From Camelus dromedarius (Eukaryota), in NCBI RefSeq assembly GCF_036321535.1, contig NC_087437.1, positions 66,838,001 through 66,902,000 on the forward strand: DNA of 64,000 nt. The letters run 5' to 3'. The notes below the pieces were generated by a model. It was not told the DNA's origin and searched no databases. It saw only the letters and a program-made list of their open reading frames with translations. Below are positions 41,721 to 54,628 of the stretch, one piece after another; positions within the stretch are counted from its first letter, which is position 1; each line of letters opens with the position of its first letter. A program made the position numbers and the translations under genes.

Positions 41721-42444
41721 GGGCTAGGTGGACTGAAAAAAATGTCCTGCCTTTTTTTATCTTCGTTGTCACCCTCTCTTTGACACTTTCTATTTCGGTG
41801 CCCGCCTTCTCCTACACCAACACTTAAAGAGTAAGGACAGAAACAAAGACAGGGATTTCAGCAGAGAAACCAGACCGGGAGCGGTTTTCCGCCGGCCACT
41901 CCCATCCTCCTCTCGGCGTCCAGGTACCCCCAGCCCTGCTAACTCCCCTCCCAAGCTGAGGGAGGGATGGAGGCAGCCGCTGTGTAACCAGTGTTCATGA
42001 AAGCAGACTTCTGGTTGAAGTACACTCAAGTTTGCTAAATGGAAATTATTTGGGGGTGGGGGAATCCAGGATTTAAGATGACTCTAATATTCTAACACCG
42101 TGTGGAGAAAGCAGTCTCCCAGGATGTTTCGTAATGTATCAAGTTTTCAGGAGGGCATGTTTTATCTTCTCCAGTTAGATTTGAAATTCCTTGACTTTTG
42201 TGTACTCAGCACACAGTAAGCACTCAGATCCTTGTGATTTAACCATTTGAGGATTATTAAACTTCCTGTAGAAATTCAAATCCAAATATAGGCTTGAAGG
42301 GTAGGGACGTTCATATAGTTCAGAATGCTGGGAAAAGCTTTAGGTACAGTATTTTAGATACAGTCTTTCATTTTTCTATGTATCACCAAGACAGTTTATG
42401 AACTTTGACCCTTGACCTACTCTCTTTGTCAGAGCTCACAATTG

Positions 42445-42610
42445 AGAGCCTGCCTGCCAAATCTGGACCACAGATGTGTTTGGTTTAGCACATGCCATGC
42501 TTGAAAAATTTTTTAAATTAATTGCCAACATTAAAGAGTTAACATTTATCACATAAGAGATCTAGATTTCTGGCTTCTCTTGCAAAATGGATGATCTGGT
42601 AATACCAAAG
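42445..42610. mobile_element. hAT-Charlie remnant (MER103-like)
   Basis: CTAGATTTCTGGCTTCTCTTGCAAAATGGATGATCTGGTAA resembles the MER103 terminus. Confidence 0.55.
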
Positions 42611-43657
42611 GTACATTCCCACATGGCAAGCACTGCTGATGCCAAGTTGTAGCAGCCCCCCATGGAGGCTCCACCCTCTTAAGAGAGATGAGTCCTCCAG
42701 TTCGCAGCCCCCACTGCCTCTTATCCCCCCTTTGCTCCTGCCTGGCCTCTGGATCCACTGGAGTTTGCAGCCCAAGCTCTGTGTATGGTCTCTCCTTCCT
42801 TCTATTTTCCATCTGTCTCTCCATGACACCAGCATTGCCCCAGTCATCTTGGCGAGACGTCTTCAAGTAACCACTGACTCATTTCTCTCTTTCCACCCAC
42901 ACTTCCAGCCTAATCCCGCCCAGACCGATGAGTCCTTCAAAATGCCTGTCCTCTGGGCTTCTTCCTTCCAGGTCCATTCAGTGAGGACCATTCACTCCTA
43001 AGTTATTAGAATCACTCCTAGTGGGGTTTGCTGGGTCCTGGCTCTTCCTACTTCATCCTATGCACTAAAGGACTTGTTGAATCTTCCTGAAGTATTGCTA
43101 TTGTTATTTGCCTGCTTTGCTCAAAATCCATCAATGATTACCTGTTTTCTAATGCCAGGATAGCAATTTCTAAGCATCTTATAAGCTACTTGGAGAATAT
43201 TTGATAGCACTTTTTAGTATAATGGCTTGTTCCTTTATTTATAGAGAAGCATCTCCACATAAGACTATAATTATTACTGTTAACATTTGTTTAGGAGTTT
43301 ACTGTAGCAAAGACTTTCATGTTCATTATTTCATCTGACCTACAGTGGATTTCATCATTTTGGCAGCAGAGAGGCTGAAAGGTTGTTCTTTTCCTAGACC
43401 CAGGCCCCCAGGCACAAATTATGGATAAATTGTCAAGCCCTGTGAATTACCTTTCTAAAGCTTTAAAAACATTCTTTAAAATTTTTGTGTTGAAGTAATG
43501 TAAGCTTATAAAAATTTGCAAAAAAAAATCAAAGAATTTACCCTTCATCCAGCTTTCCCAAATATTAATATCTTATATAACCACTGTGCAATTATCAAAG
43601 TAAGGAAATGTATATTGATACAATATTAGCGAATCAACAGACAGTATTCAAATATTT

Positions 43658-43801
43658 ATTTTTAATTGCATTAATTAAAAAAATTTTTTTTTTTTGTGGG
43701 GGGTTATTGGGTTTATTTATTTTAATGGAGGTACTGGGGATTGAACCCAGGACCTCGTGCATGGTAAGCACACACTCTACCCCTGAGCTATACCCTCCCC
43801 C
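43658..43801 (-). mobile_element. tRNA-Ala-derived SINE (Vic-1 type) inserted in an old L1 3' end
   Basis: Same body as the other copies. Degenerate target-site duplication TATTCAAATATTT (43645-43657) / TATATAAATTTTT (43802-43814). Confidence 0.9.
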
Positions 43802-45158
43802 TATATAAATTTTTCATCGGATATAGTCTTTCTCACAATAAAGTTCACAGGTTAAATAAACAGTAATTTACAAGTAATTCTCAAAATCTTCAGATTATAA
43901 CATTAGCTATGTACCAGATGCCCCAATTATCATCAAACCCAGCAGGTGTAGGTTGTCACAGTACAAGGCTGCCTAGATGAACCATAAAGCAGGTAACTGA
44001 CATAGCCCCAGGACTCTTCTGTGCTTTACTGAGGATTTCCCAAAGGGACTCCATAATCATAGAATTTTTATTCTAGGACAGCCTGAGACCCTTCTGCCCC
44101 TGCTTCATGATAAGCTGAGTTCAAGCTATTTAAGGTTCAGAGTCAATGTAATACTGAACACTGGACAAGGCGTCCATTATGCCTGGCTGATTGAACAAAC
44201 CCTGTCTGAAATGGGGACATGGTAGCTCCTTGTCTCTACTTGATAGCTCTCAATTATCTACACCTTATGTTGGGAAGAACTCTCAGTTTATCAAGCTGGA
44301 TAATGAAGCTGCAAAGCTGTATGGTGGCGGCCTGACCCAGGGAGCAGGAAAGCTGTCCTCTCCCATTTGCTCCCTACCCCCTCTCATTGCTGAGGAAGCC
44401 CCGTGTTAGGTGCCAAACTCAAATCTAGCCATTTTTGGGGACACTCTCTATTTTTCTTTCTCCTCCCTTCTTGCCATTTTTCTTTTTCTCCTCGCTTACT
44501 CTAAGATGTGTACCTTTTTCTGAGCCTGCGGAAGGAAGTCAGATTTGGGTCTCAATGGACTTTTCCCTTGGGCTGAGGATTTCCCAGGAAGGAGGTTACA
44601 TGGAGACAGTGTAGGAATGTTAACAGGATGACTAATAAACTATTTGGTGACAGTATAAATTATGCCTTAGGAGATTATCACGATGTAAAAAGCACTTCGC
44701 TCACATGGAGCTCCCACAGAAGAATTCTGTCCTGGCCTAGGATGTATCTTACCTGCAATTGTTTAAGACTGATGACTGTCAAAGGGTGCCATCTGCTTCC
44801 TTCACTCACCAAGGCTGGTAGCAATCTTCTCTGCTGTAAAAACTTATTTTATTTACACTCACTCTCAGTGAGTACTGGGAGATTTAATGTCACCTGTGAA
44901 TTAGCCTTTTCTTTTACCAGTTTGCCCATCAAACTAGAGTTAGAAATCAGCAGTTTTAGAGTTCTCCCTCCTCTTCTCATGCCCAACGAATTAAATACTC
45001 TTACATGATTCCTTATCCTTGGACTGTGATGAATATGTTCTGAATTCTTTGTTCTGGATACGAGTGTTAGCTCCTCCTCCTGTTGGGTACATTTTCTCTC
45101 CCCCATTCCTCTCCCCCTTCCCAGTTTAAAGATGTGAGTGTTGTCACTGATTGTTGGG

Positions 45159-45561
45159 TGTGATGGGCTGAATTGTGCCCCCCCTGATGTTCATATGGTG
45201 AAGCCCTAACCCCCAATACCTCAGAATTTGACTGTACTTGGAGATAAGGCCTTTAAAGATGTAATTAAGTTAAAATGAAACTATTCGAGTTGGCCCTAAT
45301 CCAGTGTGATTGGTGTCCTTGTGAGAAGAGATTAGGACACACAGAGACACCAGGGATGTGTACCACAGAGAAAATACCAGGTGAGGACACAGGGAGAAGG
45401 CAGCCATCCACCAGGCATGGAGAGAGGCCTTTGGAAAATCAAACCTGCTGACACCTTAATCTTGAACTTCCAACCTCCAGAACTGTGAAAAAATAAATTT
45501 CCATTGTTTAAGCCACCTACTTTATGGTATCTTGCTATGGCAGCCCTAGTAGACTGATACA
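45159..45561 (+). mobile_element. MaLR LTR (MLT1A/B-like)
   Basis: Starts TGTGATGGGCTGAATTGTG, ends GCAGCCCTAGTAGACTGATACA, and has the internal AATAAATTTCCATTGTTTAAGCCAC characteristic of MLT1. Confidence 0.9.
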
Positions 45562-46538
45562 CTGTGTGAGGTTCTTCCATGAGAGATGTCTTGTGCCCAC
45601 TCTGAGCCCAGCCACCAGTGCCCTGAGGGTCTGAAGCCAGTAGGCGATGAGGCTGGTCAGAGCAAAAAGGCTTCTAGAAAGTTATGTATCCCAAACTCCA
45701 TTATTGCATTTCCTTGTGCTGGGAGTTCCCAAATTTAGGTTATAATGCAAGTTTTTGCTTCTAAGTATCCAAATTAGATTGGATTAGCATCCTTAGTGGG
45801 GTTGAGGGAGGTCTACATTATCAATCTTTAATCAGAGCAGAGTGGAGGAGCGGTCAGCTTCATAGGAGAGAAGGAATGAGAACCAGAATCAATTGCCCCA
45901 TCCTAGAAGCAGGGATAACCTTTAGCCTGTAACCAGGCAATACATTCTGAAACACGGCAGCTGGCCTCCCACTGCTCCACCACCACTGCAACCAGGAAAG
46001 CCAATTTTGCTTCTAAATGGGCTTCGAAGAGCAAGCAGGTGCAGGGATAAGAACAGAGAAGAAGGAAGGTTTTAAATGGTCCCACTCCCAGCTTAAAGTT
46101 TGAAAGACAGATATGGTTATTATTATAAAAGTTATTCTCTCTCTTTTTCTGTCTTTATCTCCAAAGCATTGTGTATTTTAGCTCCCTTTCAGTTCCTAGA
46201 GTTGCAAAATTGTATTTCTCAGGGCAAAAATGTATATATTTTTTATAATAATAATACCTCATAATAATTAATTAACATATAATATATTACTATATATATA
46301 AATGAAAAAGCATTAGGAAAGACAGCTTTACAGGCTCACTTCCCTAGCTGAGAATGTGATTCAGTTGCCTCACTGTCAACTAGGCATTTTGGAGTAGAAA
46401 GAGTGGAAGGTGAGGGAATAATGAGAAAAAGACTTGGTTACAAAAAAGGAAATCTCAGTAACTTTTAAAATAAAATTGCATTGATCAGTGCCCCTATCTC
46501 CTAATTCAGAACCTCAGACTTTTATTTAAAAGACTAGA

Positions 46539-46957
46539 TGTAGGAGGGCATAGAGTCCAAGATGACTCCACCTGTTGGCAGCCTTCAGTAAGTAGGCCTT
46601 GGGACCCAGGTCAGAGGTCACAATAACTCGCCTGTGTATGAAGTAAGAAGTAAATGTATGCATGCGCCAGTTATGTAAGCCTTATGAACAAAGAAGTAAA
46701 GGTACACATGCGCTAGTAGCATTATGTAAGCAGTATGAACAAAGAAATGAATAGTGCGCATGTGCGGGCAGAATAGATAAAAGCAGGACAAGTGCGCCAT
46801 GCAGGCAAGTGCCATCTTGTTGTACTAGAATAAAGTGCTGTTTCACTCTATGTCGAGTCCTCACGCAGTCTGTTTTGCAGCATGTCGACTCCTCGCACAT
46901 TTTTCCAGTTGGGCAGCTCACCTCCTTGAATCCCTCTTCAGCCCCCCTCGGCTGACA
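46539..46957 (+). mobile_element. Solo LTR, possibly ERV2/beta-like; left boundary uncertain (46539 or 46563)
   Basis: TGTAGG...GCTGACA ends, three ~50-bp U3-like tandem repeats (46637-46766), TATA-like GATAAAA at 46776-46782, AATAAA at 46829-46834 and retained CpGs. A near-TSD (CCAAGA/CCAAGT) appears only if the start is 46563. Confidence 0.72.
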
Positions 46958-48409
46958 CCAAGTTTATAAGATTGGGGGCTGCTAAGGATAAACACTATTT
47001 TTTGGAGAAAGATAAAACATACTTGTCAAGGGCCATAGCCAGAGCTCTCAGGAGGAAATGTCTTTTGATAGTGTAAACTGAAGAAGTAGGTAAAAGTTGA
47101 GGGGTTATGACTAGAGATTAGATGAGACATGTGCACCTGGTATTTGAAATTATTTGAGAAATAAGTTTCCCCCTCCAATATTTTTAGTTACATTCTCATT
47201 TCTTTGCACTGTATGTTGTTTAAAAACAACAAATTTGGGGATTGTTTATGTTCTGTAGAGTATTTTAAGAATCATAGTCACATGTAACCTATAATGCACA
47301 ATGTAGCACTAAATGAATCTTCAGTGCTCAGAAACGATGAACAAGACCCCCTTATCCCACTCCACATGGGCACTGGACGTTGCCAAACAGCAGCGGGAAA
47401 CTTCCTTCCCAGAGTCACATGCAGAGAAGACACTTCACAAGGCCAGAGAGAGAGTCCAGTGCTCTGGGCTGAATCACTATTATACCGACATCTGAATCTG
47501 TGCAGGGTCTGGCCTTAGTTTCTGAGTCTGAATTTGGATCCATTTCAATGGAGGTGTCTGTCTGGTGACCCAGAGGGAAAGATGTCAGGGTAGGGGGATG
47601 GAGCTGCTGCTGGAAGGGCAGCCCCCGGAGACAGGCCCTCTGTCCCCAGGGCCTAGCAGTAGGTTCTGGGGTCCCACTGAGCAGCTGGTTTTGGGGGTCA
47701 CTTCTTTCACTTCTTTCTCTGTATCTTGGGAGCTCCTAAGCCGAACAGAGACTTTGGGAAGAAAAACCTGGGTTCCTCAGAGAATTCGGGAGTCCTCAGG
47801 AAAGGGGAAGGCTTGGCCATCTGACTGATCTCATTTATCTTGGCATTTTGTTTGTTTGGTGTTTGTTGCCTCCTTTTCTGCCTCTGCTTCTGCATCACTT
47901 TGGGAACATTGCCTTCTTTCTGGCTCAGAGAGAGCAAATAAAAGGAGCAGAGACCCGGTTCAGACCTTCATCTGTCTCCCCCAGGGTCTCTGAATACTGA
48001 AGCAAGTGATTTTCTTAGGTGGGTGGGGATCTGTCTCCGCCCCGTTCATTGTGTTCCAGAGTTTCCTGTGCATTGCCTGTAACCCTTTACCAATCTGCCA
48101 GGAGCCTTTTAACACAAAAGGGAGGAGATGGGGGAAGGGAGTACTGAGGAAACACATCCCTATAAATAGCCCTCTTGAACAAAATTGTTTTCCCGATACA
48201 CAGTTGTTGTTCAGCTTCCACGGGATGCCCTGTAATCTGCCTCTGCACTCCCCACTGGGTCCAGTCCAGCCTTTCTCAATGTGCCTGGTGGTCCTACTCA
48301 GGTCTCTCTGGACGGGGATGTTCTAGAGGCACTGGATAGGAGCTTTGGATCCCCCACAGGCCCCTCACCAGCTCTGGGTGCATGGGCTGTGGGCGGGGGC
48401 TGACCTGGC

Positions 48410-48600
48410 TTCCATGCCTGCTTCTACCTCTTACTTGCTCCATAGCCTTGGTTGGACAAATTACTTAACCTCTCTGAGCCTCAGTTCCTGCATCTGTTAA
48501 ATCAAGGTGATAGTAACTACCTTGAAGGATGTTATGAGGACTAAATAAGATAAGGAAATAGCCTAGCACTTGGCCTGTATCTAGGCTAGTGCTCCATACA
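48410..48600 (+). mobile_element. MIR SINE
   Basis: MIR core TTACTTAACCTCTCTGAGCCTCAGTTCCTGCATCTGTTAAA. Confidence 0.85.
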
Positions 48601-49648
48601 TAAAGGAGAGTGATTTTTATTATCTTCTCACTGAGCAGTACTTCTGTTTCCTCTATCATTATGCAGTTTCTTGGGGAATTTTCCCCATTTCCCCATCCTG
48701 GTCTCTTGTTTCATATAAAACACATTTATAAGACTTTATTTGCATTTATTTATTTATTTATATCTTTCCCAGTTCCAATGTGGTTTGGGATGATTTACTT
48801 TACACTTAAGTGTTTAGAACCTGGAAATATTTTCAGAAAGTGTAAGCTTGTCTCTTGTTAAATAGCATCCTAACACTGAAGATATACTGTCTCTTGTGGG
48901 TGATTTGGGAAGCAGCTCTGATTGTGGCTCACAATTTTCTTACATCTCTGGTGTCCCCAGATGTGTTTTTCACTCCTGTTCTGAGAGCATAATATGCAGA
49001 AATTACTTTGAGGACAGGAATTACAATAGGTTACAGATGGAAGTTACCCTCAATATATAATTGTATCCCTAAAATTGTAAACATTTGTAACCTGGACAAT
49101 ATATTCCCTTGCTTTTCATTATACCTCTTGGATGTATGTTTCCAAGGTTGTGGGGGTTGGTGGTGGTGAGGAAATGGTACCAGTTTATAATAAAAATTAC
49201 ACTTGAAATATCTCACATCTATTTCAGGGAACGTTGTGCTTTTTTCAATCCTCACTACACAGGTATTTAATTCTCCATGCTAGCCCTAAAAGAACCTAGT
49301 CAAAGGCATACAAATCTCATTCATTGTGCACTTTTTCAAAGTTAAGATGTGTGTGAATCTCTATCATCTATTTATCTTGCATTAATTTGATTTCATGGGA
49401 CCTGATTATTTAAAGCAGCTGCGGGTTTCTGCTTTAATTCTAGACATTTAGAAGAACTTCAATTGAATATTTCCTTCAAGTTGTTTCAAAACCTTTCAGA
49501 TTAACATGCATATGCCTGGATTTGCTTTTAAAATATCCTCCCTAAACCCCTATGTTTCCCAGACAGTCCTGATTACAAACATTCTGCCCCACTGTCAACT
49601 ATATGCCAAAGGATGTGTACCTATTTTTGCTTTAGAAAATATGGCAAA

Positions 49649-50114
49649 TGTTACAAGTTGAACTGTGTCCTCCCAAATCTCCTATGTTGAAGTTCTAACC
49701 TCCAGTACCTCAGAATGTGACCTTCCTTCAGAAAGAGGGTGGTTGTGATGTAATGAGTTAAGGTGTAATCAAACTGGAGTAGAATGGGTCCCTCATGCAC
49801 TATGAAAGGTGTCCTTAGAAAAGGGGGAAATTTGAACACAGCCATGCACAGAGGGAGAATGCCATGTGAAGAGAAAGGCAGAGACTGGAGTGATGCTTCT
49901 ACATGCCAAGGAATGCCAAGTGTTGGCAGGAAACCACCAGAAGCCAGGAGAGAGGCCTGGAACAGATTCTTCCTCACAGCCCTGAGAAGAAACCAACCCT
50001 GCCAACACGTTGATCTTGACTTCTAGCCTCCAGGACTGTGAGATAATACAGTTCTGTTGTTTAAGGCACCCAGTGTGTGGTATTTTGTTACAGCAGCCCT
50101 AGGAAACTAACGCA
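49649..50114 (+). mobile_element. MaLR LTR (MLT1C-like)
   Basis: MLT1-type start and end (GCAGCCCTAGGAAACTAACGCA). Near-perfect 5-bp TSD GCAAA/GCCAA. Confidence 0.9.
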
Positions 50115-51384
50115 GCCAACACAGTAAAGAAGCAGAGCTCACCCCAGTACTGTCAGAATCTGTTATCTGTTACTCTAACGATCAGATTGGTAAGAATCTA
50201 AGTAAACTCTGAAGTCTCTTGGTGGAAATATCTGTATCTTTAGCTGGCACTAACACTAAGTAAATTTTATACAGCACATGCTCATTTCAGCCAGGAGCTC
50301 CAGTGGCAGTCAAGGAGAATAGTGACAAAAGTAGACAGGGATTCATCTGATTGATGGGTGGGGTGAGGGAGACTGGGGAGACTTCCTCCCACATACTTTA
50401 AAGTTTTGAAACATATTGTTGGGCTACCAGAGAAAAGAAGCTCAGTGGGACCACTGTGATGGCACAGCAGCCTGCCTGAGGGGGCCACTCTGGCTCTGGC
50501 TCTGTGCCAAGGACGCAGAGTTGATAAGACTCCATCCACACCCTCATTTTAGTGGCAAGAGAGCCAGGCACACTGGTAATTGCAGTATAAGGAGACAAAT
50601 GTCATGATAGGAGCCCTGAGGTCGGAGTGCCCAATAGCCTGGCTAAGTCAGAGAGGGGCATCTTAGAGGAGGTGACTCTAGTGGAATCTTGAAGAGTGAC
50701 TATTGCTTCTGCAGATAATAGGGGAGAAGATTTTCAGGACAGTGAGGTCTGTATTTCTAGAGACACAAATGTGTGTGTGAGACCAGGACCTGATCAGGGA
50801 GTGGAAAGCAAGTCAGCGTGGCTGGGTATGGGAGAGATCGAAGGCACAGCTAGCTTGTGCTAGTCCAGTGGGCAGTCATTAAGACCCTGGAGCATGGTGG
50901 TGTTCACTAAGCCTGGCAGTGATGTAGGGGTCAAGAGAGGGACAGAGAGAGAGGAGAACCAGCATTCCTCCTTGCCTATGCTCTTACCCTAGTGAGAGGT
51001 GGAGATGCATCCTGGTAAATGGAGAATAGTTTCTGGAGTTAAGCTACTTGGGGTAAAATCCTGGCCTTGTCACTTGCTTTAGTCCCATAATTAGCTCATT
51101 CTGAAGCCTAAAGATGAAATCAGATAATCTTGTAAGGGAATTTAATTCATCTGCATTAATACTATATTTTGCATGGAAAGTAAGTCACAGAAGATTCTAG
51201 AAACTGTAAAGCAATAAGCTTAGTCTCTATCCCTAGCTATTATTTGTAAGAACATCACCACAAAGTTAATTTGCATACTCCTTAAACTGTATATCATATT
51301 CCGGCCTTACAGAAATTTGACTTGAATCATTAAAATGCTCAGAAGGGGGCATCCTAGTAATCGTTAATGTTTGAGATGTGGGTT

Positions 51385-51400
51385 TGCCATCTAGTGGGCA
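51385..51400 (-). promoter_or_regulatory. Candidate CTCF site
   Basis: The minus strand reads TGCCCACTAGATGGCA, matching the CTCF core CCASYAGRKGGCR. Motif evidence only. Confidence 0.5.
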
Positions 51401-52832
51401 TCTTGAGTGTGTATGTGTATTGATACACTTCAACACACATACACAGAGTTTCCACCACTGGTTCTTAAATCTTTCTCCCCTACCCTCAAGACCTCAAGGT
51501 CAAACAGCATTTTGGACACATCACTATTTGTAAAAACATCTTAGTTTATCTGAATCAGGGGTACTAGAATGTTCTATGCATGTTCTGTGTGCTTGCACAC
51601 ACGGTGGGGAGTAATAGCTTCACACGGAGGGTTCTTTTAAGCTACATGTGCTCCTCCACATCCGCTTTTCTTGGTCCCAGTTGAGAATTACTGATCTACA
51701 AGAGAAGGTGCAAAGTTCTATCCCTGCCTTAACGGCATGATGCCTGCTCCATAGGAGATGCTCAGTAAATGTTAGTTTCCTTCCTCTCCTCCTCCCCTGT
51801 ACTCTCCCATAAAAGCGATTTCAAATTACAATTCACCAGTAACATGAGCATTTGCTATAAGGAGAATTACTATGTTGTTGGCTCCCCAAACACAAAGATG
51901 AATAAAACCTCACTTCTATCTTTAAGATGATTACAGTAGAGAAACATAGCTTTGTAACTAAATTCCAGCAGGATATGCCTCAAATATTTGGGGCAGATTT
52001 TTCAGAAATCAAATTTTGGGAAATTTGGTTTTCTTTTAGCAATAGCATTACAGTGATGCCAGTTGCCCCTGACTAAGAAGAAAGACCTTTGTGGTAAAAG
52101 ATGAAATGGACAGCAGGAGAAGGTTGACTTATATTTGAGCAAGTAGAGACTTAGAAGAGAGCAAGGCCCAGAAAGAAAAGGGAGGAGACTAGAATCAGTG
52201 TGAGATGTGTTTCATTTAAGTTTGAAAAGGAGAGAGACTTGGGAGCAGCTACCATATGGTGTGAGACATTGAGAACGGGTCAGGGAAAGATTTTAAGAGG
52301 TTTTATTATGTATTATGAGTGGAACCCTCCTTTGATGTTTTCATGACACTAGTAAAGGTTTAAATTGCCTTTCTGGGTTTTTTGGATGTGGGTTAGTGTT
52401 TTTTTGGAAAATAAGATCGTGAGGAGACGGGCTGTGAAGTAACTTAGCCTTATCTGGAAAATGTAAATGTTCTGACCATAAAACTTAAAAAATAGGTGCA
52501 TTATAATTTCCCCATGGCTCAGGGCTGAGGACACAGAGTTGAACCTTAAACCTAAAGTTAAACAAAACTAAAATGATAAAATTGCATAAGGAATATCTAC
52601 AATAAAAGTAATATGTGCACTTGGTTTAAAAAATGTAAAAGGTACAGAATGGTATTCAAAGGAAAAAGAAGAATTTCTTGCTTCATTCCTCAAACCTCTC
52701 TCTCACCTCCATGTCTTACCACCCAAAGGCTTTTAATTAAAAAGAATTAAATTTTAGTTAAATTTTAATTAAAAATTTTGTTTTTTAATTTTAATTTTAA
52801 TTAAAAAGAATTTGTTTTGTATTTTAATTTTA

Positions 52833-52965
52833 TTGTTTTTGTTGGGGAGGGAAGGTAATTAGGTTTATTTATTGATTTATTTATTTTAATGGAGATACTG
52901 GGGATTGAACCCAGGGCCTCCTGCACGCTAAGCGTGTGCTCTACCACTGAGCAATACCCTCCTCC
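52833..52965 (-). mobile_element. tRNA-Ala-derived SINE (Vic-1 type)
   Basis: A and B boxes and the AGC anticodon-like loop are retained. Flanking direct repeat TATTTTAATTTTA at 52820-52832 and 52966-52978. Confidence 0.9.
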
Positions 52966-53907
52966 TATTTTAATTTTAATTAAAAGGAATTTGTTTTAGT
53001 TCTTTTAGTGGTTAGTGCTATAATTATAAACTCTATGCCTATATCACTGTTTCTTGATTTATATACTTTATCCAGGGTCTGTTAACCCAAAGCTATGAAT
53101 GGTAACAAATCATTGAGACTAGCTCTCCATTTCTTTCCCCCTTCCTGTGCTTTGTTAATGATATAATTTCCCATACTTCTTTTGATTATCATTATAAATT
53201 TAAACACCATGCTTAACGTTTGAATTCTTGCTCCTTCAATGTAAGTAGTAATTCTTGATTCCCTACTGGGTAGTAAGAGAAAAGTAGCCCCCTCATCCTG
53301 CTCTTCACCTCTCCTTGTCCCCTCATTTCCACCCACTCTCCCTCTGTACCTCCCAATTTCTATCTTCTCTACCTTTATATTTACAATGTGAGGGTTTATA
53401 GCATTTGCATTTTGTTCTGTAAGTATAATTAATTTTTCTGTATTTTATCTGTTGATTGATTCTAAAAGCTGAAATCAAAAAATTATTTTGTGACTTGCAG
53501 TTTTCTTCTTTTGTCTTTTTTTCACTCCTCTAAACCAGCTGTGACTTACAGTTATGTTTCAGCAAATATTATTTGCTATAGAATTTTGAGTGTTTGGCTC
53601 AGAAGATAAACTAATTCAATATCTTTAAGCCTGAGAAACTCAAAGGAGAATGAAACAAGCATCAAGGCCAAGTAGACTCTTCTTTCTTACACTACATGAC
53701 TTGCTCAAATAATATATTTCATGCTATCTTTTAAAAAACTTTTTTGGCTTTATTTAGAGTTTGCAATTGTTCTTTTTGAAAATTGTTTTTAGGAATCCTA
53801 GGTGCTTTGCATTTTCATTTAATTTTTAGAGTTAGATTTTCAATTTCTGAAGGAAAACAATCTACTGGGATTTTGAATGGAAATGCATTGAATCTACTGA
53901 TCAATTT

Positions 53908-54052
53908 TTAAATTTTTTAAAACTTTTTTATATGGGGGTAATTAAGTATATGTATGTATGTATTTAATTTATTTAATGGAGGTACTGGGGATTGAACCCA
54001 GGACCTCGTGCATGCTAAGCATGCCCGCTACCACTGAACTATACCTTGCCCC
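53908..54052 (-). mobile_element. tRNA-Ala-derived SINE (Vic-1 type) nested in L1
   Basis: Same body as the other copies. Degenerate TSD TCTACTGATCAATTT (53893-53907) / TCTACAGATGGATTT (54053-54067). Confidence 0.9.
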
Positions 54053-54188
54053 TCTACAGATGGATTTGAGGAGAGAAATCTTGACAATGTTGAGTCTTTT
54101 GACCCATGAACAAAGTATATAACTCTATTCCTTTAGGCCTCTTGAATTTCTCTCAGTAATGTTTTGTCATCTTCACTGTAAGACCTTT

Positions 54189-54628
54189 TGTTACAGGTCA
54201 GGGTTCTTGGACTCCATAATCAATAGAAATTGATAAGAGGCCAGAGGAGAAATTCAGGCAAGACTTTACTGAGACATGTGCTGCAGCATGAGGGACTGAA
54301 ACAAGTGACAGGTTCTGTTGTTTGCTTCCTGAGGGAGAGCGAGCTGGTCCCTTAAATTGGGTGAAAGAAGGCAGATCCATGGGTTGGACCAGAGGCCGTG
54401 CTCTGTGTAGGGATCATACGCAGTACCCTGTTTTTGCTCCCAGCACCTCAGAAGTGACAGTTGAGTTTTTGGACTTTCTGTATCTTGCTGGTCATAATTT
54501 GCCCCGACTGTGCATGTACACAGTTATTTTTTTAGTCCCTTATAGTTACTTTGTATTCTGTTGCTCCAGGAGATGTTTGTCCAAATGCAAGCCCTACAGC
54601 CAAGGGTCCCAGGTCCCAGCTTGCCTCA
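54189..54628 (-). mobile_element. Solo ERV1-class LTR nested in L1
   Basis: TG...CA termini with a perfect 4-bp TSD CTTT (54185-54188, 54629-54632). L1 sequence resumes seamlessly across it. The minus strand has an AGTAAA polyA-like signal and a U5-like end CCAAGAACCCTGACCTGTAACA. Confidence 0.88.

Noticed and set aside
53975..54052. Apparent tRNA-Ala(AGC) gene, likewise in the other three copies
   Set aside because: Stem mismatches, a shared AT-rich tail and flanking TSDs identify these as SINEs, not tRNA genes.
36481..54052. All four tRNA-derived SINEs share the minus orientation
   Set aside because: With four copies this happens by chance one time in eight.
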